NCBI RefSeq assembly: GCF_006345805.1
Contig: NC_043022.1
Span: forward strand, 12,400,001-12,464,000
Length of the DNA stretch: 64,000 bases
Direction: 5' to 3'
From: Octopus sinensis
Taxonomy: Eukaryota
The notes under the pieces are model-generated. The model ran no database searches. It was not told the origin of the DNA and saw nothing but the letters and a program-made list of their open reading frames with translations. Below, piece by piece: positions 49,690-63,662 of this stretch; the stretch's first letter is position 1; each line of letters starts with the position of its first letter. Both the position numbers and the translations under genes were made by a program.

Positions 49690-50393
49690 TAGCTGAACAG
49701 TACCAAGTTAGATGAGTATGGAGGATGTGGGAAAACTTACCTTCCTAACAATCTTATTGTTCTTGGGTTTATTTTGAAGAGTGTGGCTGTGCATTGTCAT
49801 ACTGGAGAATGACACCTTTTCTGTTCACCAAGGATGGCTACTTTCAATGCAATTTTTCATTTATACAATTAAGTTGTTAGCAATAGACATTTGTATTGCT
49901 GGTCCTGCCATATTCCAGTAGCTCATAATGGATGATACCTTTCATGTGCCACCAAATACACAGCAAGGATTTTTGTGGATGGAATTCTGGTTTTGGTGTT
50001 GGCACTGACCTCTCATTACATAATAACCGTTGTTTTTTTTCATGTTCTCTTGTGATGCAAAACCCATTTTTCATCACCTGTAACAATACACTGAAGAAAT
50101 GACAGGCTGTTATTCCCAGTTAGAAGACTGCTGCAGATGGTGGAATGTTGTGTTTGGTTCACAAGAGTAAGCTCATGTGGAACCCAAATTCCTTTTTTGC
50201 ATGTTTTCCCAATCTGCTTGAGATGATTGTGGATAGTTGAACGTGACACATTAAATTTTTGTACCAAACCTCTGGTGCTTTGATGTGAATCTGATACAAT
50301 GGTCTCATTCATAGTGCGTTGTCTTTCAGAGTGAGGCTTGTTGGATATGTCACAATTGCCATCTTTAAACCATATCTGTCTATTGTTGCTCAA
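49690..50393 (-). pseudogene. mariner (DD34D) transposase remnant
   Basis: WVPHELT, IVTGDEKWV, LLCIWWHMKGIIHYELL, LQYDNAQPH, PHPPYS across frameshifts. Confidence 0.9.
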
Positions 50394-51458
50394 AAACTTA
50401 TAAAGAAATTAGATATTTTGTTGTCACCAAAAGTTGAAACAGAGGGAAAAAAAAACTTTCTCACTGATGAAACTTGAGCCATGTAACTATTGTTTGCTGG
50501 CCAACCACATAACCAGTTACCCTAGTGAGCATCTACCTCACTTTTACTTTAAATTAGGTACTATAAATAATTTTTTTTCTTTCTTCTGTTTTCTCTGGAA
50601 CAAATTAAATTTCTATTCTAATTAAATAATGCAATGAAACCATGTTTCTACTGTCTTCATTTAATCATTTATTAATTAGTTTAACATTCACTGGCAACTA
50701 ATGAACAAATATCAAAACATCTTTCATGAGATTAAGATGAAACTAGCCTTGGCCTTGCCATGGGATCTCAACTCCTTGATTGAGTCAAAAGGGTACTGCT
50801 GTGATATATGTCATGTGTTGGGCATTATTAGTCTTAGTGGAACCCAGCTTTCTCCAGGTCTGATCCTAATCTACTTCTTCCAGAAGAGAGCAAAAAAGAG
50901 TGAGATCAAGACAAGGATCAACACCACTACAGCACGGACACTTAATTCATCAACTCCAAAACAATGCAAGACTTAGTTGACCTCAGTGGCATTTCAACTC
51001 AAAATATGGTGAGCCAGAACGATGATGCAAAATCAGTCAATATGACACACTAACAGGATTGCTAATTGTGTTGTTAAAATGCTTGCTTCTTGGCCATATG
51101 GTCTTAGGTTCAATCCAATTGTGTAGCTTCTTGGATAAGTATCTTCTGCTATAGCCCCTGGCTGACCAAAGCCCTTCAGTGGATTTGGTAGATGGAAATA
51201 AAAAGAAGACCTATATATATATATATATATATATATTTATTTGTCATTACCTTCGAAATGCAGAGTAGATGAAACAGGGACAACAGAAGAAGGGGAATAT
51301 TCCTTCTGTTGTATGTCTTATTTCTCTGTTTTTTCGTTGTTTCAAAAAAAGTTCGTTTCTATGTTTTTGTTTTTATGTTTTCGTTTCTCATTGTGTTCAA
51401 TGTTCTTTTGATGTCCTGTACCCATATATGCATGTATATATACATATATATGTAGGTA

Positions 51459-51835
51459 TACTCTTTTACTCTCTTTTACTTGTTTCAGTCATTTGACTGC
51501 GGCCATGCTGGAGCACCGCCTTTAGTTGAGCAAATCGACTCCAGGACTTATTCTTTGTAAGCCCAGTACTTATTCTATCGGTCTCTTTTGCCGAACTGCT
51601 AAGTGACGGGGACGTAAACACACCAGCATCGGTTGTCAAGCAATGCTAGGGAGACAAACACAGACACACAAACACACACATATATATACATATATACGAC
51701 GGGCTTCTACCAAATCCACAAGGCAGTGGCCGGCCCGGGGCTATAGCAGAAGACACTTGCCCAAGGTGCCACGCAGTGGGACTGAACCTGGAACCATGTG
51801 GTTGGTTAGCAAGCTACTTACCACACAGCCACTCC
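51459..51835 (-). mobile_element. SINE family A
   Basis: Reverse complement of family A with small deletions. Confidence 0.93.
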
Positions 51836-52211
51836 AGGTATGTACATATATGTATGTATATATGCATATATTCATATATTATTTATATTATTATATATAT
51901 ATATATATGTATATATGTATATGGATGCATGGCTATGTGTGTGTGTTTCTATGGACCCTTGTCTTGACATCACATTATAGTTGTGAATGGGCACCATCTT
52001 CATACAAAGAAGCATTGTTTGATTTTCCATCATAGAAAATCTGCCTCAATAAATTCTACCTGACCCTGGCAAAAGATGGAAAAGTGGATGTTAAATGATG
52101 TTGATGATGATGTGTGTATGTATGTATATGTACATATGCACTCGCACACATGCACACACACACACATTCACATGCATGTGCGCACACACACACAACACAC
52201 ACACACACATC

Positions 52212-52330
52212 TTTAGAATACTAAAAATCAGTAAAGCATGAATTTCATATATAATTCACATTTTAATATGAACAATTAATATATGAAGCATATGTGAAAT
52301 TCGCGCTTTTCTGCTGTCTGCTGTTCTAAA
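52212..52330. repeat. Imperfect palindrome, MITE-like
   Basis: tttagaa...aaagcatgaatttcatatat versus atatgtgaaattcgcgcttt...ttctaaa. Confidence 0.6.
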
Positions 52331-52511
52331 TCTAAATGTGCTGCTTTCTGTATCATTTCAACTGTTGCTATACATACATATGCAAGCTCTCTCCATCAAT
52401 ATTTATTGCATTATAAAAATGTATTGGAATTTAAACGATGTGTTAATAATTCAGCTCTTCTTACGATGTTTATGCAGTTACTCGGTATGTGTTGGTATGT
52501 ATGTATGTGTA

Positions 52512-52584
<73 letters not shown>

Positions 52585-53055
52585 ACATATGTCGAGATAT
52601 ATGTACGTGTCTTTTCCAATGTATTTTTCTTTCCAGTCAAGCTGTAAATATGCCCCTTGGCTAGAAGAAAGGTGGGAAGTAGTTTGTGAAACTTGAACCC
52701 TCAAACAATCATGATAGCATTACACCAAAGTAACTTTCCAGCTTCCATCCATCCATCCATCGACAATAGATGTTTGCCAGATGAACATGTTTAATTTGAA
52801 TGGATGAAAGTTGAAGAACCACTTTGGTGTAATGGTAGCAAGACTATCTTGATTACAGCAGACATATAATTTGCGACCCACTGCTGGCTTTCTGCCTTAA
52901 TTTAACGGTCAAAAGAGTTTTTCACCTTGTCTTATGAGCAAAAATTTATGGTTTGCTTGGCATTCGAAATACATCAAATGCAGAAGACTTTTTGTGAAAC
53001 ACGTGTAATGGTGAATAAATAATACCAAAAAATGTCCTATTTCTTGTTTTGTTAT

Positions 53056-53470
53056 ACTCTTTACTCTTTCTCTTTTACTCTTTTACTTGTTTCAGTCATT
53101 TGACTGCGGCCATGCTGGAGCACCGCCTTTAATCGAGCAGCTCGATCCCGGGACTTATTCTTTTGTAAGCCCAGTACTTATTCTATCAGTCTCTTTTGCC
53201 GAACCGCTAAGTAACGGGGACATAAACACACCAGCATCGGTTGTCAAGCAATGCTAGGGGAACAAACACAGACACACAAACACACACACGCATATATATA
53301 CATATATACGACAGGCTTCTTTCAGTTTCCGTCTACCAAATCCACTCACAAGGCTTTGGTCGGCCCGAGGCTTAGTAGAAGACACTTGCCCAAGGTGCGA
53401 CGCAGTGGGACTGAACCCGGAACAATGTGGTTGGTAAACAAGCTACTTACCACACAACCACTCCTGCGCC
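53056..53470 (-). mobile_element. SINE family A, full length, CpG-rich (young-looking)
   Basis: Ends ...ccactcctgcgcc; tail built from repeated (tac)tcttt units. Confidence 0.95.
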
Positions 53471-53725
53471 TACGATACAATAACTCTGCAAATAATATTT
53501 CCTTAATTCTCAATTTTAATATGTATTTTGACTATCATACAGCAGCAACTGAGACTACTTACTGGGTTGTAATAATGGACTAAACAGTCGTTCTTCAAGA
53601 AGAAACACTGGGACTTACCCTAAGTGCCTATAGAAGACTTATTTAAATATTTCTCAGTGCTCCTGTTGCTATGTTCTAAATATGTATGTGCATGTGTATG
53701 TTTCAATGTGTATGTGTGTGCATGT

Positions 53726-53769
<44 letters not shown>

Positions 53770-55062
53770 CAAGCTCTTTAGGGCAGAAAGCACTGAAGTG
53801 ACTTCTACCTTAACAAGTTCAACTGGGCTTTCTGCCTTTCGGCCAGTGCCAATAACAAAGACACATCTGTGGAATAGCCTGATGGCCCCAAGGGGTCACA
53901 AAGACCTACAACTCCTTGTAACCCCTTTCAAACATATTGTGTTTTGTCACTTGGGTGCTTTTCACTTGCCCAGTTTAAGCATATGTAGTTAAATCTTCTC
54001 CACATCTTCTTCTGAGTAAATTCTTTGAGCAAAGAGATGGAATTCTTATGGATATTCCTACACTGCCATTGGTCAGGCTTGGTCTGTGCCTCATTAAATG
54101 TCTGCAGCAATTTTGACGAAAATGCCAGTTCTTACAGAAGAGAGAACTGACTCCAGTTACGTATTTCTCACTTGGCAGGCAGTGTGTCTGTGTGAGTGTC
54201 AGTGTTGTAGTGGTTATTGTTGTTCATGGTGGTGGTGGTAATGGTTACTGTTGTTGTTGGTGATGGTGATGGTGGTTGTAGTTGGTGTTAGTAATGGTGG
54301 TTGTAGTAGTAATACTGTTGTTGTTGTTGTTGTTGGTAGTTGTAATAGTAATGGTGATTGTTGTTGTTGTTGTTGATGGTGGCAGTGGTGTTGTTGGTAG
54401 TTAATGTTGTTGACATTGGTGGTGATGGTTTTTTTTACCTGTTCTTTTTCTTGTTGTTGTTGTCGTCATCATCATTACCACTGAAAAGACCATTACAATT
54501 TTCCATTTCTGAAATGCATACAATCCACTGCAAAGCAAACTCATTTCTTTCTTTCTTTCTTTCTTTGTATTTGAAGAAATATTCCTTTCTTTCTCTCTCT
54601 CTCTCTCTTCTTGCTAGACATTACTCAGTTGACTTGATGCCATTGTGAAACAAATCAAATCTCCCCCAAAATATAAAAAAATAATACTAATAATGATAAA
54701 TCTAAGAAATTCCAAAATGTTCTGATAAAGTTTTTCTTTTTCTTTCTCTGTGATAAACAATTAAATGAAAAATACTTGCCTCATAAAATGGGGTTACATA
54801 GCAAAGCATGGCAAAGGAAATATTACCCCAATTTCTAAAAATGCCAAGTTTGAAGCAAAAGGAAATGAAACGCTCAAAAGAATTTAATTTTTCCCTGAAA
54901 AATGGGGCGATAATTAATTAAAACTCACTAGATTGTAAATGGATTATGCTCATAAAAATATCATCCAACTTCTGAAAAGTCTTTGGAAAAATGCAGTCAT
55001 CCACAAGCCAAGCCAACAAAGAATAATAATGATGATGAGGATGATATTTATTATTATTATTA

Positions 55063-55098
<36 letters not shown>

Positions 55099-55599
55099 GT
55101 TATTATTATTTATTTTATTTGCCATGTGGGTCATCAGATGCTGGTGACATTACAAATACAGGCTTGTATAGAATCACTGAAGGAAAAAAAGGTGAAGAGA
55201 AATGAGATGAAAAATACACATAATATACAAAATATGTCAATACATGGATGATGCAGGAGAGCTTCCAGCAAGGGATAGTCAAGGAATCCCAAAATCCAGG
55301 ATCACCTGACCACCAAAGGCGTGAACCATCACCTAACTGTTGTTCTCCAATCCACAAGTACATGCTTAGAGTATTTCCATTCACCACCCTAACCATTTTC
55401 ACCACAGTCACCTGCCTATTGACAAATTCACTGAAGGATAGCACTTTTCTTTCCACCCTTATTTTCCTTTCCAAGTGGAACTTTAAAAAGTCAATGAGGG
55501 TTTGATCAAAGACAAAGGTGTCTGTTCTCAGTCCTTTTAGCCTTGTCCTCTACAGAACCTGTTTTACCATAGCCAACAAACTCAGTGGGAAATGTCTAC

Positions 55600-56160
55600 C
55601 AAGCCTTATTAAAGGAAGATGGTGAGACAATCTTTATGATGGACTTGGCCAATAGCTGGATCCTTCCTACACATAATTGTTTTGATATTACACTACAAGT
55701 CAGCAATGCTTCAACATTTCAGTACAGCATTCCAAGTCTACTTTCCAGAGTATAGTGACTACAGCAGACCACATGACCAGTGAAGCACACACCTTCTATA
55801 AAAGGCAGAAGAGTAGGTAACTCAGTTTGGTTAGACAGTGGTTGGAGAAAAGCATGTCAGTCAGAAAGTAAATTATGACAGAGGAATTGTAGATATTTGC
55901 CACTTTAGTTCAATCTTTCACTGATTGCTTCTTTTCAACCAATTTCTTGTTGAAGCTGGCCACTCTGCTCATAACTTTGTCCCAGTTCTTGTCCACCTGG
56001 AAGTCCAAACCAAACTCAACACCAAGCAGTTTAACCAATCCATTTGTTGAGTGACCTGCAATGTTGTTCAACAGCATGGAATTATAACAACTTCATTGAC
56101 TTCCATGGTATTCAGCACCATTGCAATCTGAATATGCTGACACAGCTCTCTTGTTTCCCA
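55600..56160 (-). pseudogene. Tx1/L1-clade LINE ORF2 remnant
   Basis: Minus: GLVKLLGVEFGLDFQVDKNWDKVMSRV...KKQSVKD*TKVANIYNSSVIIYFLT...LTKLSYLLFCLL*K, resembling the post-RT (K.LG, NW, LSL.GR) region. Confidence 0.7.
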
Positions 56161-56209
56161 ACTCAAATAAAATGTCTCTCAAGAGTTTTAGCAATGGCAT
56201 GACTATAAT

Positions 56210-56423
56210 CTTTTCTACTCTAGGCACAAGGCCCAAAATTTTTGGGAGGGGGCCAGTCGATTAGATCGACCCCCAGTATACAACTGGTACTTCATTTATC
56301 AACGCTGAAAGGATCAAAGGTAAAGTTGACCTTGGTGAAATTTGGACTCAGAACGTAAGGACGGATGAAATACCGCTAAGCATTTCACCCGGCGTGTTAA
56401 CATTTCTGCCAGCTCGCGGCCTT
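56210..56423 (-). mobile_element. SINE family B (alternative tail)
   Basis: TSD aatggcatgac(t/a)ataat at 56193-56209 and 56424-56440. Confidence 0.9.
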
Positions 56424-56639
56424 AATGGCATGACAATAATAAAATAGTAATGAGGTCAACCCTAGTATTTAACTGGTATTCATTTCATAGACCTCCCATC
56501 TCCAGAAGTATTAGGGGGAAAAAATACGTATCAATAGGGGGTTCAATCTTTGGGTGGGAAGGAATGTAACCAAAAACTGCAAGATATTTTGTCTGATGCT
56601 CCACCGAATTTCTTATGACAGTCTCCAACAACAGCAACA

Positions 56640-57060
56640 ACAGTGATGATGATGATGATGATGATGATTGTAGTAACAACAACGATAATATTGATGTTGT
56701 TGCTGATAATGATAGTGTGATGCATAATGATGACGACAATGACAGCGATGACAAGGAGCATGATGACTATGATGACAGTGGTGATGGTTGTAGGGAAGAT
56801 GGTAACTATGGCAACAATTAAGAAACGGGTGTTGATAACGATGATAATGATGATGATGTTGAATAACAATGATAAATAGAAGTGATGATAAGGAGGAGGA
56901 GGAGGACAACAATGATGATGATCCTCATCATGATAATGATGATGATGATGATGATGATTATGATGTTGAATAACAATGATAAATAGAAGTGATGATAAGG
57001 AGGAGGAGGACAACAATGATGATGATCCTCATGATGATAATGATGATGATGATGATGATA
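56640..57060. repeat. (GAT)n-rich tract with an internal ~107-bp duplication
   Basis: gatgttgaataacaatgataaatagaagtgatgataaggagg at ~56855 and ~56962. Confidence 0.85.
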
Positions 57061-57691
57061 ACCGTGATGGCAACCAAGAGCAAGAGCATCAAGCGCCGCT
57101 AGAACCACCAGAAGATCCCCCAACAATGACAAAACCAGAACTTACTGTGCGAGAGAAGAAATCACATCTAAAAGTCATAAATCAATTTTATATTCCAACC
57201 AAATCTATCTTATTTATTTATTTATTTATTTATTTTGGGGTGTGTGGCAGGGGTGGGGGTAGGGGTGGCTAAAGAATTTCTTTTCTCAAAATAATTGAAA
57301 CAGTCATCCGGAATTTAACAGTCCTGCCAAAATAAATAGCACAGTGAATACGTAACAAGCCTCGGTTTCTAGTTTTTTTTTTATTGCTTTTATTTTATTT
57401 TTTTTTATATCTTTGTTGTTTTTAAAAAAAAAAAAATTTTTTGTTTATTTTTTATTATGTTTTTTTTTACTTATTTCAGCCTCGATGTGTTTTTCATTTC
57501 CGGAACTCTCCGCTATGTGAATGGACTTGCAGATGATAGACTGTTCAGCTAGCTGTAAGTCAATGCAAGCCATGCGGAATAAATTCATTGGAAGCAGACG
57601 ACCGACAGTGGTGGGGTTGTGGGGAAAGACAGTAAAAAACTAATGAAGTACACATAATACATATTTATCTATCCATCTATCTTTCTCCCCC

Positions 57692-57831
<140 letters not shown>

Positions 57832-57838
57832 TTGTATG

Positions 57839-57889
<51 letters not shown>

Positions 57890-58325
57890 GTATGTTTGTA
57901 TGTATATATGTATGTATGTATGTTTGTATATGTAGGTATGTATATATTTAAATATTTTTTTAAAATATACTGGAAGAAGCGGCAGCAATGACAACAATGT
58001 CAACGATAGAAAAATCACCAATTTACTTCAACTAACCACCACCACCACCACAACGACCACTACCACAATCACCACCACCACCATAACCACCACCACCACC
58101 ACCACCACTGCCACAACAACAATGGCAATGATTTCATAATACCTACAGGAACAACAACAACAACGTTTTAATACCTACAGCAACAACAATGGCAACGAAA
58201 ATACTTTTTCATTTAAAAAAAGAAAAAAAATCTAATCTTTTATTCAGTGTGTAATTTAATCTCACATATTTACATACTACATATACAAGCACAAATGCAT
58301 ACACAGCTATACATATGTTCACATG

Positions 58326-58361
<36 letters not shown>

Positions 58362-58520
58362 GTTTCAAATGGTGATCATATTAACAAAATACAAACAATA
58401 CTTATGACTTGGAGTCTCCTGTAAAGTTGGTTAGCCCCCTAATCATCAGATGTGCATGTTATAGATTTAAGTCGAGTAAGGAGCATAAGAATCACAACCA
58501 ATCTTTTGTATGTTCTCTCT

Positions 58521-58556
<36 letters not shown>

Positions 58557-58697
58557 GTATATATATATATATAGCCCTGAGCCGACCGGAGCTTTGTGAT
58601 TGAATTCGGTAGGTGGAAGTTACTGCCGTGTGTGTATATGTGCGTATAGCTGCTCAGTGCCTCTCCGAAAGAGAGAGAGGGATATCTATATATATAT

Positions 58698-58984
58698 CCG
58701 AACGTGGCCGATGCCAGCGCCGCCTTGACTGGCTTCCGTGCCGGCGGCACGTTAAAAGCACCAACCGATCGTGGCCGCTGCCAGACTCCTCTGGCACCTG
58801 TGCCAGTGGCATGTAAAATGCACCCACTACACTCACGGAGTGGTTGGCATTAGGAAGGGCATCCAGCTGTAGAAACACTGCCAGATCAGACTGGGCCTGG
58901 TGCAGCCTTCTGGCTTCCCAGACCCCAGTCGAACCGTCCAACCCGTGCTAGCACAGAAAACGGATGTTAAACGATGATGATGAT
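58698..58984 (+). mobile_element. Family E: RTE-LINE 3'UTR copy
   Basis: Matches 17854-18129; (GAT)n tail. Confidence 0.88.
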
Positions 58985-59211
58985 ATATATATATATATAT
59001 TACATACATATAAGAGGGATAATCACAACGTGGACAACCCTTATGCTAGAAGTAGGTCATCCCTTTTATATGTATGTAATATAATTTTCTGAACCTTCAG
59101 ATTTTAATATGCTAGACCATTGGTTTTAAATTGATATTATTCAGATTAATATTCAATTTTTCACCCTCATTTGAAATTTTAATTTATATATATATATATA
59201 TATATAATATA

Positions 59212-59408
59212 CAGGGTGGCTCAAAAGTAGGTTTACAGTTATTAAGTTATTACATAAATTTCTGTCTTACCAAGGGAGCTTGACAAAATTAACTAAATTA
59301 GCATAGAATAATGGTTTCATATTTTTTTATAATTATGATCTAAACTGTTAATATAAGAATGCAAAAGAGATAGTTGAAAAACTGCTAATCTACTTTTGGG
59401 CCACCCTA
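59212..59408. mobile_element. Tc1/mariner MITE
   Basis: TA-cagggtggctcaaaagtag ... ctacttttgggccacccta-TA. Confidence 0.88.
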
Positions 59409-59799
59409 TACATATATATATATATATAATATATATATATATAATATATATATCTAGATAGCTCCAATATAGATTTGCCTTGTGTAATAGTTCTTTGCTT
59501 AGCTACAGTTAGTGTTTTCACTACAGAAGCCTTCATATGTTTTTCCAAGGTGCAAATGAGGAATTTTTGGCTGTATGTCCATGTTACATTTTCCGTCAGG
59601 GTGATGTAGAACCAGTATCCTTTTATTTTGTCTTAACATGATACTTGGCCATTGGTTTCTGTGGATAGCATTTGAAATCTGGCCAGCCTTTCATAAGAAT
59701 AATTACCTCTAAAAATGCTTCCCATTCATTCAGTGTCAGCGAATATATCTTTGACAAAGAGTACTCAGTGCCATCAGATGTTGTCCAATTTTTATTGGA

Positions 59800-60470
59800 T
59801 GTTTTGGTCCTGACCCTTCTCTTCTTGACTTCAAGTCTATCTCCTCTCTCTTACTTCCTAGACAAAGCACTTTCCTATCCTGTGAACAGATGTCATTCTC
59901 TCTGTCCCTTTCATTCCAGTAGATGTAAGCCTTCTCCATACTGACTTGGTAGAGAATGCATCACATTGAACCGTGACTAGAAATATTTATGATGGTCATC
60001 CTTGCAATCTTGCCAATGATTTGAGCAGACGTCAGTTTGATCTGGATTATCTTCTTTCTCTCCTCAAGTCAAAGATCTAAATCTGAGCAATCTTGGAGTA
60101 AGTGGAGGATCTGAAGGAACTGCAGACTTCCTTCTATATCTAACTCCATATCCAAACATTGAGCTTTTGTAGTCAATTGTTTCTTTTGCTGTAGTTGATG
60201 GCTTTTCTCCTTCCTTTGCAATTTTGATTGATTGTGCTGGTTTCTCCATTATTTAGTGTTTTTCTGTTTCTTCTGCTCCATCCTCCAAGATGTTTGCAAG
60301 TGTTAGGAGCAGCTTATCATGGCACCATCTGTATCTCTGCTGTGTGAGTGCTATTTTATACCCTGACAAGATATATCCCAAGATGTCCTTTTCCCTAGTT
60401 ATCCTAACATGCCTCACCTGTACAGATTTATTGTTTGTGGAAATCATAGGAGAAGAGCAGATGAAGGCAC
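59800..60470 (-). pseudogene. Hero/NeSL-like RLE non-LTR retrotransposon C-terminal remnant
   Basis: YILSGYKIALTQQRYRWCHDKLLLTLANILE (compare HILSGC..AL.QGRYRWRHD.VL), then KKIIQIKLT. Confidence 0.75.
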
Positions 60471-60579
60471 ATTGCTGATATGGCCACAGGCTGGAATAGA
60501 AGAACTTTGACAAAGTTACTGATAATCAGCTATTTTTATATATATGCATGTATTGTCATTGTTGTCGTTGTCGTCGTCG

Positions 60580-60631
<52 letters not shown>

Positions 60632-61010
60632 TTTAAAGGCCACTATTCCTTGCTTACATAGGTCCAGTCAGCATGATCTGTTGAAGCAGATTTTCTATTG
60701 CAGGATGCCCCTCTTGTCACCAACCCTCACTTGTTTTCTAGTTAAGTAATATTTCCACGTGGCTGGGAACATTCCCACAGAAGTTTGGAAACAAGAGTCA
60801 CTGTTTGTATTAAATTGATGCTCATTTTACATCTATTACATGATGTAAAAAAAAAAGAAGACACAAACACACACACACATATGTACAGAGACAATGGGCT
60901 TCTTTCTGTTTCCATCTACCTAATCCAATCACAAAGTTTTGTCAACTTGGAAGTATAGTAGAAGACACTTGCCCAAGGTGCTATGCACTAAGTCTGAGTC
61001 TGAAACATCC
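60580..61010 (-). mobile_element. SINE family G (family A 5' body plus RTE-like tail ending (GAT)n)
   Basis: gaagacacttgcccaagg body; ggatgccc motif; (CAT)n at the low-coordinate end. Confidence 0.75.
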
Positions 61011-61072
61011 TTGCTTCTTGTTCTTCTGTTTACAACCACTTGCAGCATCTTTATCCATCTTTCCAACTCTAC

Positions 61073-62307
61073 TTTAAATCACTTTAAACATGAAGTTAGT
61101 CTTATAGAATTAAAGACTGTCTCAGATGGGTTGGTATCAAAAGGGTATTATATTAATCTGAAAAAATCAACAGTTTTAAATAACAAATTTTTATTTTAAA
61201 TATTTGGAAAGAATCTAAATGGTGAATGATTTATAATGGTCTGTAAAGTAGAAAAACAAAAGAGAATTGATAAAATAATGTTGATGTATTCAAACTATTT
61301 TTTGATTTGAGGTTTTTTAATAAATGTTTAATTAAAAGATGTATTTCATTGAAATTAATATATAGTTGCTGGGTAGTTTTAACAAAATAACAATAACTGT
61401 TCTCACCAATTTTTTTAGAGCAAGAGCAACCATGTATCACTTGTCCAGCAAGAAACTTATTGTGGCCCCTTCTTTTCTATTCTATCCTTTTATCATCTAG
61501 CATTAAACTACCTCCCTCTCAACTCTATCCCCATTCAGTTAATGGGAATCTCAGTCTTGTGAGTTACATGGTGACTCCACTAGTGCTGGTGCTGCAAAAC
61601 GAGTATCCAGTGCACTCTATAAATTGCTTGGCTTTAAGAATGGCATTCAGCCATAGAAACCCTGTCAAGGCAATTATTGAAGCACTGTGCAGTCATTGGT
61701 GTCATTGGATTTTGGCAAACTATCTGACCCACACCAGCATAAAAGATGAATGTCAAATGACAATGAAGATAATGATAATCATATTTATCTCATTTATCTC
61801 TGTTTATTGTATTTTATCTTGTGCCCACCTCTGCCCTCACATTTAAACTTACTCTAATTATTTCACACTAGTATGTTTTATAGTCTACGAAAAACACTAC
61901 TCTTTGAGAATTAAATTGATTTACTTCATTTTATCATTTCTATTATATATCATCAAGTTTTACAGCTTCCTTAACATTACTTTATTGTTATTTTGTTAAA
62001 ACTACCCAGCAACTATATATTAATTTCAATGAAATACATCTTTTAATTAAACATTTATTAAGAAACCTCAAATCAAAAAAAATAGTTTGAATACATCAAC
62101 ATTATTTTATCAATTCTATTTTGTTTTTCTACTTTACAGACCATTATAAATCATTCACCATTTAGATTCTTTCCAAATATTTAAAATAAAAATTTGTTAT
62201 TTAAAACTGTTGATTTTTTCAGATTAATATAATACCCTTTTGATACCAACCCACCCGAGACAGTCTTTAATTCTATAAGACTAACTTCATGTTTAAAGTG
62301 ATTTAAA
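61073..62307. repeat. Near-perfect inverted duplication, arms 61073-61396 and 61982-62307
   Basis: About 325-bp arms with only a few differences; ~585-bp spacer. Confidence 0.95.
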
Positions 62308-62450
62308 TTAAACCTTCCATCAAAATGTCATATTAATTTATGTTCCAAACACCAACTTAATGACTAAGATATTTTCCTACATTCTTCATTATTTTCCAAA
62401 TCAATTGAAACAAAAGCAGTGTATTTCAATGGAAATATGGTAACCCTTTT
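62235..62450 (+). mobile_element. piggyBac-like MITE, degraded
   Basis: cccttttgataccaaccc...ttaaaccttccatcaaaat matches the reverse complement of 34725-34874. Confidence 0.6.
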
Positions 62451-62504
62451 ACAAGCATTTAAGTAGGTGGTGTTTTAATATTTTCAGTATTTTCTAGAGT
62501 CAAT

Positions 62505-62715
62505 GCAGTGAACTGCCAGAATCATTAGCATGGTGGATAAAGTGCTTAGCAGCATTACATCCATCTTTACATTCTGAGTTTAAGTTCCACCAAGGTCAGC
62601 TTTGCCTTTCATCCTTTCAGGGTTGATAAAATAAGTGCCAGTTGAGCACTGGGGTTGATGTAATTGACTTACCCTCTTTCCCAAAATTGCTGGCTTTGTG
62701 CCAAAATTCGAAATC
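62505..62715 (+). mobile_element. Old family B SINE
   Basis: ctttgcctttcatcctttcagggttgataaaataagt. Confidence 0.8.
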
Positions 62716-63099
62716 AATATTCTCTATACTCACATAATTTGTTTTTTTAAAACCTGTCTTAATACATGCTTTACCAAAATTTCAATTAATTTCATTTTCT
62801 CAAAATTTTTTTTTAATTACTCTTATATGCTGATAATACAGGGTGCAGCAAAATCCTCAGATATACCTTTCTTGATAAACATACTCTGTGTACCAGTCCA
62901 AACTATGCTGCTAACTGAAAAATAACAGTAAAACATTAGCCATATGAAGACACCATTACCACCAAACTAACTTCACTAGCGTCACACCAATAGCCATATA
63001 AAACACATGAGGTTGTTCTGTTGTACTCCGCTTAAAGAGTTTATTGTTGTTTTTTTTTAAATTCTCTCTTTCTCTCCTCATTATGCATTGACTATATTT

Positions 63100-63520
63100 G
63101 AAGACCCTGGCAAAGAGGATAGCTTCTATAGCAGAATCCTGAGGACTATCGAGAACATCAGATGGTACCATCAGATTTCAAAGACCTGTGTATGTGCATG
63201 CATCAGCCTGCAGCCTCCAACCTCTTAGCCATCCACCCCATGTGCTGATCTGAATGTCCCACCATCTCCCTCTAAATCATCCTGCTCAAGCTTTGCTCTC
63301 ATCTGATGCAGCAGCTGCAGGCTGGAAGAGGCCATATGGAAGGCCCCCCCCCACATCAGATGGCTGGATGTGATTGGGGAAGATCTGCAGAGGCTCAACA
63401 TCACCTTGGAGGATGCAGAGGGAGTGGCTCAGGATTACCAGCAATGGAGAGCACAGGTAGACGATGTTGGCTCTGCACGTGAGGACATCTCTGGGACCGC
63501 TAGCCTGGCATGACCCAAGC
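63100..63520 (+). mobile_element. RTE-clade LINE C-terminal remnant
   Basis: DSFYSRILRTIENIRW...GWKRPYGRP..RWLDVIGEDLQRLNITLEDA...AQDYQQWR. Confidence 0.8.
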
Positions 63521-63662
63521 CCCATCAAATAAGAATCTGAAGCAAGCAAGCAATTATTTTCTTCTCTATTTTGTCTTTCTCCCACTCTATCTTTTAAAAT
63601 CTTCTCTTGCTGTATTTCTATTGGTTCCTTGAGTTCTGAGAGTAACATCTCACATTATGTAA

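Noticed and set aside
53770-54170. GC-richer unique block, possible LINE remnant or exon
   Set aside because: No motif recognised in the frames I read.
56976-57272. Acidic Asp/Glu-rich ORF
   Set aside because: Derived from a (GAT)n tract; the duplicated upstream unit breaks the frame; no splice support.
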